A stretch of 64,000 nt of DNA, from the NCBI GenBank assembly GCA_041652555.1, contig JBAZHE010000002.1:13409-77408 (forward strand), read 5' to 3'. Origin of the DNA: Patescibacteria group bacterium. GTDB taxonomy: Bacteria > Patescibacteriota > Patescibacteriia > Patescibacteriales > WJLG01. Shown one piece after another: positions 58,094 to 64,000 of this stretch (within the stretch, counting starts at the first letter, position 1; the number at the start of each line of letters is the position of its first letter). The notes beneath the pieces were generated by a model, which was given only the letters and a program-made list of their open reading frames with translations, had not been told where the DNA came from and searched no databases. The translations under genes were made by a program, and so were the position numbers.

Positions 58094-58456
58094 ATGAAGG
58101 AGGAAATAACTTTATCCGGTCCTCATAAAAATTTTGAGGACATCAAAAAAATTAATAAGAATGGAGTGGAATATTGGGAAGCACGCGAATTGATGCCACT
58201 TTTAGGGTACCCAAATTGGGAAAAGGCAGAAGATGTTATCGCTAGGGCTGTTCGCTCTTGCATGAATAGCGGACAAGATGTTGATGACCATTTTCACCAT
58301 ACGGTGAAAATGGTAAAAATTGGCTTAGATTCAATGAGAAAGATTGTGGATAACTCTTTAGATAGGTATGCCTGTTATTTGATCGCTCAAAACGGCGATT
58401 CTAATAAACCGGAAATAGCCTTAGCTCAGACTTATTTCGCAATTAAAAATTTATAA
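58094..58456 (+). CDS. dinD: DinD-like (DNA-damage-inducible protein D family) protein
   Basis: YWEARELMPLLGYPNWEKAEDVIARAV ... DHFHHTVKMVKIG ... RYACYLIAQNGDSNKPEIALAQTYFAI resembles E. coli DinD throughout. Confidence 0.6.
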   Translation: MKEEITLSGPHKNFEDIKKINKNGVEYWEARELMPLLGYPNWEKAEDVIARAVRSCMNSGQDVDDHFHHTVKMVKIGLDSMRKIVDNSLDRYACYLIAQNGDSNKPEIALAQTYFAIKNL

Positions 58457-58469
58457 TTTATAATTTTGT

Positions 58470-60011
58470 ATGAAATTCTATATCACAACAACTCTCCCAT
58501 ACGTCAATGCCGATCCGCATATTGGGCATGCGGCGGAATTTATTAAGGCGGATTGTTTGGCTCGTTGGCATCGTTTAATTGGCGATGAGGTGTTTTTTAA
58601 TACTGGGACTGATGAGCATGGGCAGAAGATTTATGAGAAGGCGAAGGCGGCTGGTAAGGATACTTTGGAATATTGCGATGAGTATGCGGCAAAATTTGGG
58701 GCTTTGAAAGAGGCTTTGGGGCTTACTTATAATAGTTTCATAAGAACGACTGATAAGCATCATATTGAGGCGGCACAGGCTTTCTGGAAGCTCTGCGAGG
58801 CCTCGGGAGACATTTATAAGAAACAGTATCAGGTTAAGTATTGTGTGGGTTGTGAATTGGAAAAAACTGATTCGGAATTGGTTGATGGGAAATGTCCTTT
58901 GCATCCTAACGCTGAACTGGAATTAATTGATGAGGAAAATTATTTCTTTAAATTTTCAAAATATCAGAAGCCACTTTTAGATTTGTATAAAAATAATCCG
59001 GAATTTGTAAAACCGTCTGAACGCTTTAATGAAATCAAATCTTTTGTAGAGAGGGGATTGCAAGATTTTTCTATTTCTCGTTTGGCTTCTAAGATGCCTT
59101 GGGGGATTCCGGTGCCGGGAGATGAAACGCAAGTGATGTATGTTTGGTTTGATGCACTAGTGAATTATGTTTCTTGTCTTGGTTGGCCATGTCATTGTGA
59201 GAGGGTGAATAAATTTGGTGCTGAAGAAAGTTCAGATTTATGCTTATGTAATAAAGATGAATGTAATTATAAAAGATACTGGCCGGGGTTGCAGGTTTGT
59301 GGGAAGGATAATTTGCGTCAGCAGACGGCTATGTGGCAATCAATGTTAATGTCAGCTGGCCTACCAACTTCTAAACAAGTTTTGGTGTTTGGATTTATTA
59401 CAGCCAATGGACAAAAGATGTCTAAGTCTTTAGGTAATACTATTAATCCGATTGACCTTGTTGCTAAATATGGTGTTGATGCCACTCGTTATTTCTTATT
59501 AAGAGAAATAAAACCTTTTTCTGATAGTGATTTTTCTTTTGAAAAATTTGAAACTTTGTATAATGCTGAGTTGGCTAATGGTATTGGCAATTTGGCGGCG
59601 CGCGTTTCTAATTTGTTGGAGAAGAATGGAATTGAGACTAATTTAAAAAAAATTAATTTTGTTGGACCACTTGAGTTAGAAAAAGAAACAGAAGAATCGT
59701 TTAGTTTTTATGTAAATTTTCACTTAAAGATGAGTGAGTATGCTTTTGATGAGGCTATTGGAATTTTAATAAAAAAAGCAGCTGATTGTGATGTGTTTTT
59801 GGCTGAAAAAAAACCTTGGAAAATGGATAGCAAAGAAGAAATTAAAAAAGTTCTTGAGCCGGTGGCGCAAGATATTTTGGATATCGCTTATTTATTGGCG
59901 CCGTTTATGCCGACAACTTCAGAAAAATTAATTAAGCAATTTTCGGAAAAACAAATCAAAAAAGGCGAATCACTTTTTCCGAGATTGGATGTTAGCGTAA
60001 AAGGTGTATAA
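58470..60011 (+). CDS. metG: methionyl-tRNA synthetase
   Basis: HIGH (DPHIGHAAEF) and KMSKS motifs. Zinc knuckles CVGCE ... CPLH. Confidence 0.9.
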   Translation: MKFYITTTLPYVNADPHIGHAAEFIKADCLARWHRLIGDEVFFNTGTDEHGQKIYEKAKAAGKDTLEYCDEYAAKFGALKEALGLTYNSFIRTTDKHHIEAAQAFWKLCEASGDIYKKQYQVKYCVGCELEKTDSELVDGKCPLHPNAELELIDEENYFFKFSKYQKPLLDLYKNNPEFVKPSERFNEIKSFVERGLQDFSISRLASKMPWGIPVPGDETQVMYVWFDALVNYVSCLGWPCHCERVNKFGAEESSDLCLCNKDECNYKRYWPGLQVCGKDNLRQQTAMWQSMLMSAGLPTSKQVLVFGFITANGQKMSKSLGNTINPIDLVAKYGVDATRYFLLREIKPFSDSDFSFEKFETLYNAELANGIGNLAARVSNLLEKNGIETNLKKINFVGPLELEKETEESFSFYVNFHLKMSEYAFDEAIGILIKKAADCDVFLAEKKPWKMDSKEEIKKVLEPVAQDILDIAYLLAPFMPTTSEKLIKQFSEKQIKKGESLFPRLDVSVKGV

Positions 60012-60043
60012 TAGTAGAGTGATTATTTTATTTTTATTTTTAT

Positions 60044-60562
60044 ATGATTAATTGGCTTGATGCGGTTTTGTTAATTCTTCTTATTAGCTCTACCTGGCGC
60101 GGTTATTCTACTGGGCTGATTAAAGCTGTCGGCTCTTTTGCCGGTGTTATCGTCGGCGCCAGCATCGCTTCTTATTTTTATTTGCGATTTTATGGCTTAG
60201 TAGATCGGTTCTTCGGCGGTTTAGACAATATTGGTTATGTTGTTTCGTTTTTTATTATTTTTATTATTGCTAGTAAAATAATTTATTTAATTTTTGCCGC
60301 ACTTGATAAAACTTATAATTTTATCGCTATTATTCCATTTTTAAAATCTATCAACCATTTGGCCGGAGCTTTTTTAGGTTTAATTATTGGCTCTTTAATA
60401 ACCAGTCTTTTGCTTTATGTAGTCGCGAAATATTTGCCCATAGGTAATGCTTTTGATAGTGCCTTGGCCGCTTCAAAAATTTCTCCATGGCTATTGATTA
60501 TTGCTAACGCGTTTTTGCCAGTTTTGTCTGGCAGTTTGAAAAGTTTAAAAGCTATGATTTAA
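60044..60562 (+). CDS. cvpA: CvpA family membrane protein
   Basis: Four-TM topology with N-terminal WLDAVLLILLISSTWRGYSTGLIKAV typical of CvpA. Confidence 0.7.
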   Translation: MINWLDAVLLILLISSTWRGYSTGLIKAVGSFAGVIVGASIASYFYLRFYGLVDRFFGGLDNIGYVVSFFIIFIIASKIIYLIFAALDKTYNFIAIIPFLKSINHLAGAFLGLIIGSLITSLLLYVVAKYLPIGNAFDSALAASKISPWLLIIANAFLPVLSGSLKSLKAMI

Positions 60563-61152
60563 TGAAAACCATAAAAATAAACATAGATAATTTTAAAAAG
60601 CAAGAAATCGACCTCGTCGTCGATTTTTTGAAAAAGGGAAAAGTGATTGTTTATCCGACTGATACAATTTATGGTTTAGGTTGTTTAGCGACGGATAAAA
60701 AAGCGATTGATAAAATTTATCGCATAAAAAAACGGGAAAAGAAAAAACCTTTAATTATTTTTGTTTCAGATTTTAAAATGTTGGCAAAATATTCTATTTT
60801 TGATAGTGTGCAGAAAAAATTTCTAAAACAAATTTGGCCAGGGCCAATCTCGGTAATTTTAAATAAAAAAGGAAAATTATTAGACGAACTTTCTGGCGGA
60901 TTGTCTAGCGTCGCCGTGCGGTTGCCAAAGAGTCGATTTCTTACTAAAATAATTAAAGGAGTTGGTTGTCCTCTTGTTTCCACAAGCTTAAATTTAAGCG
61001 GCGAAAAACCTTTATATAAAGTGGATGATTTGGATGAATTTTTTAAGGGTTTAAAACCAGATTTAATTGTTGACTTCGGGGTTAAATATAGTCAACCATC
61101 AAAGCTGATTGATTTGCGAGATATAAATGATATAAAAATTTTAAGAAAATAA
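60562..61152 (+). CDS. tsaC: L-threonylcarbamoyladenylate synthase TsaC/YrdC
   Basis: VIVYPTDTIYGLGCLATDKKAIDKIYRIKKR ... PLIIFVSD YrdC/Sua5 signature. Confidence 0.85.
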   Translation: MKTIKINIDNFKKQEIDLVVDFLKKGKVIVYPTDTIYGLGCLATDKKAIDKIYRIKKREKKKPLIIFVSDFKMLAKYSIFDSVQKKFLKQIWPGPISVILNKKGKLLDELSGGLSSVAVRLPKSRFLTKIIKGVGCPLVSTSLNLSGEKPLYKVDDLDEFFKGLKPDLIVDFGVKYSQPSKLIDLRDINDIKILRK

Positions 61153-61165
61153 TTTTAATACCTAA

Positions 61166-62440
61166 ATGCTCTTTTCTAAAAAAACAGAAAATAAAAAAAG
61201 AAATTTAACTGGAAAAATATTTTTAGTAATCTTCGTTTTATTGCTAATTGGTGCGTCTTTTTTGGCTGGCGCTTATTATTCTCAAAAAAATAAAGTGATT
61301 AGTGATTTCGCTAAAAACGGTAATGTTTTTGTCGGTTTGTTGAGCGGAAAATATAATACTGATTCAGACGGTCGCTTATCGCAAAATATTGATTTTAATC
61401 TTTATTGGGATTTGTGGGATAAATTAAAGACGGATTTTGTTGATAATGGTCAGTTAACAGAAAAAGAAATGTTTTATGGCTCATTGCGCGGTTTAGCTGA
61501 TTCTCTGAAAGATCCTTATACGCTTTTTCTTGATCCGAAAGAAACCAAAAAATTTAGCGATGATCTGTCTGGAACTTTTGAAGGGATTGGCGCAGAGATT
61601 GGCTTGCGTGATGACATTTTAACTATTGTTGCGCCTTTATCCGGAATGCCGGCGGAAAAAGCTGGTCTTAAGGCCGGTGATCAAATTTTTGCCATTAACG
61701 GAACTTCTACGATTTCTTTGAGTGTGGACGGGGCGGTAAATTTAATTCGCGGGCCGAAAGATACAAAGGTAACCCTAACTATTTATCGCCAAGGCTTCAA
61801 AGAAACCAGGGATTTTGAAATTATGCGCGACGTAATTTACGTCAAAAGCGTGGAAACTGAATTTCGTGCCGATGGTTTGTATGTAATTAAAGTTTCTAAT
61901 TTTAATGAAGATACAGCTGGACTTTTTAGCGAAGCCGCGCGCGATATTTTAACAAAAAATCCCAAGGGTGTAATTCTTGATTTGCGCAATAATCCCGGCG
62001 GATTTCTAGAGACCGCGGTCGCAATGTCTAGCGAGTGGGTTGATAATAATAAGGTGGTAATAGAAAAATTTGGCGATGGCCACGAAGAAAGTTATGTTTC
62101 CGAAGGTCGCGCGCGCTTGAAAGATTATAAGACTGTAGTTTTGGTTAATGGCGGTTCAGCTTCGGCCTCAGAAATTGTCGCTGGCGCTTTAAAAGATTAT
62201 GGTTTAGCGGTGATTGTAGGCGAAAAAACTTATGGCAAGGGTTCGGTGCAGTCTTTGGAAAATATGGAAGACGGCTCAACTTTAAAAATAACTATTGCCA
62301 AATGGTTAACACCTAATGGCACCTCTATTAATAAAGAAGGGATAACGCCGGATGTAGAGATAAAATTTACTGGAGAAGATTATGCAAATAATAAAGATCC
62401 GCAAATGGATAAAGCGATAGAAATATTATTAACTAATTAA
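61166..62440 (+). CDS. ctpA: carboxyl-terminal processing protease (S41 family) with PDZ domain
   Basis: PDZ (GLKAGDQIFAINGTS) and S41 catalytic region (ILDLRNNPGGFLE ... GSASASEIVAGALKDY). Confidence 0.8.
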   Translation: MLFSKKTENKKRNLTGKIFLVIFVLLLIGASFLAGAYYSQKNKVISDFAKNGNVFVGLLSGKYNTDSDGRLSQNIDFNLYWDLWDKLKTDFVDNGQLTEKEMFYGSLRGLADSLKDPYTLFLDPKETKKFSDDLSGTFEGIGAEIGLRDDILTIVAPLSGMPAEKAGLKAGDQIFAINGTSTISLSVDGAVNLIRGPKDTKVTLTIYRQGFKETRDFEIMRDVIYVKSVETEFRADGLYVIKVSNFNEDTAGLFSEAARDILTKNPKGVILDLRNNPGGFLETAVAMSSEWVDNNKVVIEKFGDGHEESYVSEGRARLKDYKTVVLVNGGSASASEIVAGALKDYGLAVIVGEKTYGKGSVQSLENMEDGSTLKITIAKWLTPNGTSINKEGITPDVEIKFTGEDYANNKDPQMDKAIEILLTN

Positions 62441-62447
62441 TTATTCT

Positions 62448-64000
62448 ATGGTTGACAAAATTAAGAAAGATAAAACAAAATATGTCTTTGTCGTCGGCGG
62501 CGTAATGTCCGGCGTTGGTAAAGGAATAACTTGTTCTTCTATTGGAATGATTTTGCAGTCCAAGGGCTATAATGTCAGTGCCATAAAAATTGATCCTTAT
62601 ATTAATGTTGATGCTGGTACAATGAATCCGGTGGAACATGGGGAGGTTTTTGTCACGGAGGATGGCGACGAAACTGATCAGGATGTTGGAAACTACGAAA
62701 GATTTTTGAATAAAAATATTTATCGAGAGAATTATATGACTACCGGCCGAGTGTATCAGTCAGTAATTCAAAAAGAAAGAAATTTAGAATACGGTGGTCG
62801 TTGTGTAGAAGTCGTGCCTCATATTCCTTTGGAGGTTATCGATAGAATTCATAAAGCAGTAAAGAAAAGTGGCGCGAATATTATGGTTGTGGAAATTGGT
62901 GGTACGGTTGGTGAGTATCAGAATCTTTTATTTTTGGAAGCGGCTAGAATGATGAAATTATATAATCCCAAGAATGTCCAGTTTGTCATGGTTTCTTATT
63001 TGCCTATACCAAATAAGATAGGTGAAATGAAAACCAAACCAACGCAATATGCTATTCGTTCGCTCAATGCCGCCGGTATTCAGCCAAACTTTATTGTGGC
63101 GCGTGCTGATGTACCAATAGACGCTCCGCGTCGTGAAAAGATAGCTATGAATTGCGGGATAGAACCAGAGGATGTTATTTCCGCTCCTGATATAGATTCT
63201 ATTTATGATGTACCGCTTAATTTTGAAAAAGATCATTTAGGCGATCGTATTCTAAAAAAATTCGGTTTAAAGAAAAAGAAAGATGATTTGAAAGATTGGA
63301 CGGCTATGACAGAAAGACGCCGTTCTGCTAAAAAAGAAGTGGAGATCGGCATCGTTGGAAAGTATTTCCAAAGCGGTCAGTTTTGTTTTACTGATTCGTA
63401 TGTTTCAGTTATCGAAGCGATTAAACATGCCGCGACTGCCAATAATTGTAAGGTTAATTTACATTGGTTGTCCTCGGAGGATATAGAAAAAGACGGGTCT
63501 TCTTCTTTAAAAAAGTATGATGGAATAATAGTTCCTCAAGGTTGGGGTTCTCGTGGTGCTGAGGGGAAAATAAAAACAATCGAGTATTGTCGAAAAAATA
63601 AAAAACCTTATTTTGGTTTGTGCTATGGAATGCAAATGGCAGCTATAGAATTTGCCCGCAATGTTTTGGGTTTTACTGATGCTAATTCGGCTGAGGTGGA
63701 TCCAAAAACTAAACACCCAGTAATCCATATTATGCCGGGTCAGGCAGAAATGATTGCTAAAAAACAATATGGCGGAACTATTCGTTTGGGAGGCTGGCCT
63801 TGCAGTTTAAAGAAGGGGACTCATCTGTATAATGCCTACAAAGCGCAAAATCCGGCCGTAGAAACGGTTTCCGAGCGTCATCGCCATCGTTACGAGTTTA
63901 ATAATGAATACCGAGAAGCGATGGAGAAAAAAGGCTTAACAATAGCTGGCACTTCCCCGGACGGAAAAATTGTAGAAGCTATAGAAATAACCAATCACCC
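62448..64000 (+). CDS. pyrG: CTP synthase, 3' partial (runs off the window end)
   Basis: YVFVVGGVMSGVGKGITCSSIG N-terminus, glutamine amidotransferase domain with GLCYGMQ. No stop before nt 64000. Confidence 0.9.
   Translation, partial: MVDKIKKDKTKYVFVVGGVMSGVGKGITCSSIGMILQSKGYNVSAIKIDPYINVDAGTMNPVEHGEVFVTEDGDETDQDVGNYERFLNKNIYRENYMTTGRVYQSVIQKERNLEYGGRCVEVVPHIPLEVIDRIHKAVKKSGANIMVVEIGGTVGEYQNLLFLEAARMMKLYNPKNVQFVMVSYLPIPNKIGEMKTKPTQYAIRSLNAAGIQPNFIVARADVPIDAPRREKIAMNCGIEPEDVISAPDIDSIYDVPLNFEKDHLGDRILKKFGLKKKKDDLKDWTAMTERRRSAKKEVEIGIVGKYFQSGQFCFTDSYVSVIEAIKHAATANNCKVNLHWLSSEDIEKDGSSSLKKYDGIIVPQGWGSRGAEGKIKTIEYCRKNKKPYFGLCYGMQMAAIEFARNVLGFTDANSAEVDPKTKHPVIHIMPGQAEMIAKKQYGGTIRLGGWPCSLKKGTHLYNAYKAQNPAVETVSERHRHRYEFNNEYREAMEKKGLTIAGTSPDGKIVEAIEITNH

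Overview
This is a low-GC (about 35%) bacterial window, tightly packed and mostly in operons, with few Shine-Dalgarno sites and no tool-based confirmation of any call. Gene content and style suggest a reduced-genome Patescibacteria/CPR-like organism; this is inference. TGA is used as a normal stop codon (atpF, murF).

Housekeeping blocks, in order:
- A cell-envelope glycan operon (an O-antigen-ligase-like protein with TPR repeats, a GT9-family glycosyltransferase, an FkbM methyltransferase) ending in a prepilin peptidase, then ftsA-ftsZ.
- Class I aldolase, gpmI and a small ferredoxin.
- rplJ-rplL, separated from the secE-nusG-rplK-rplA block found about 42 kb away on the other strand.
- A complete F1Fo ATP synthase operon (atpZ/I-like, atpBEFHAGDC).
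- A second glycan locus (Wzz-like, a second O-antigen-ligase paralog, four GT4 glycosyltransferases) containing several GC-richer secreted-protein genes with strong SD sites.
- tsaB (short form) and a minimal dcw cluster (mraZ-rsmH-ftsL-ftsI-murF), then a sugar nucleotidyltransferase and a GT2.
- rplU, recR, ybaB, dnaB, tRNA-Lys and tRNA-Thr.
- An FG-GAP-repeat secreted protein.
- A thymidylate operon on the minus strand (dCMP deaminase, dcd, a long-form thyX, a dNMP-kinase-like P-loop kinase).
- rsmI, a DinD-like protein, metG, cvpA, tsaC, an S41 protease and the 5' part of pyrG.

Most notable observations:
1. A family of three GC-rich palindromic elements (CCCCTCT ... GACGGRGTGTGTT) with compensatory stem changes. 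Two copies flank a secreted-protein gene in inverted orientation. The third lies in frame inside dcd, which resembles the Rickettsia palindromic element behaviour.
2. A 21-nt intergenic repeat, CAATTGAAGATTGATAATTGA, present at four to five sites, including both sides of the tRNA pair.
3. A perfect heptad-repeat palindrome filling the dcd-thyX spacer and abutting the thyX start codon.
4. A 531-aa thyX carrying a roughly 230-aa insertion.
5. Twin hairpins after atpC; a consensus mraZ promoter carrying four GTGGTG MraZ-box-like repeats; and a palindromic operator-like site at the atp operon promoter, next to an HTH regulator gene.
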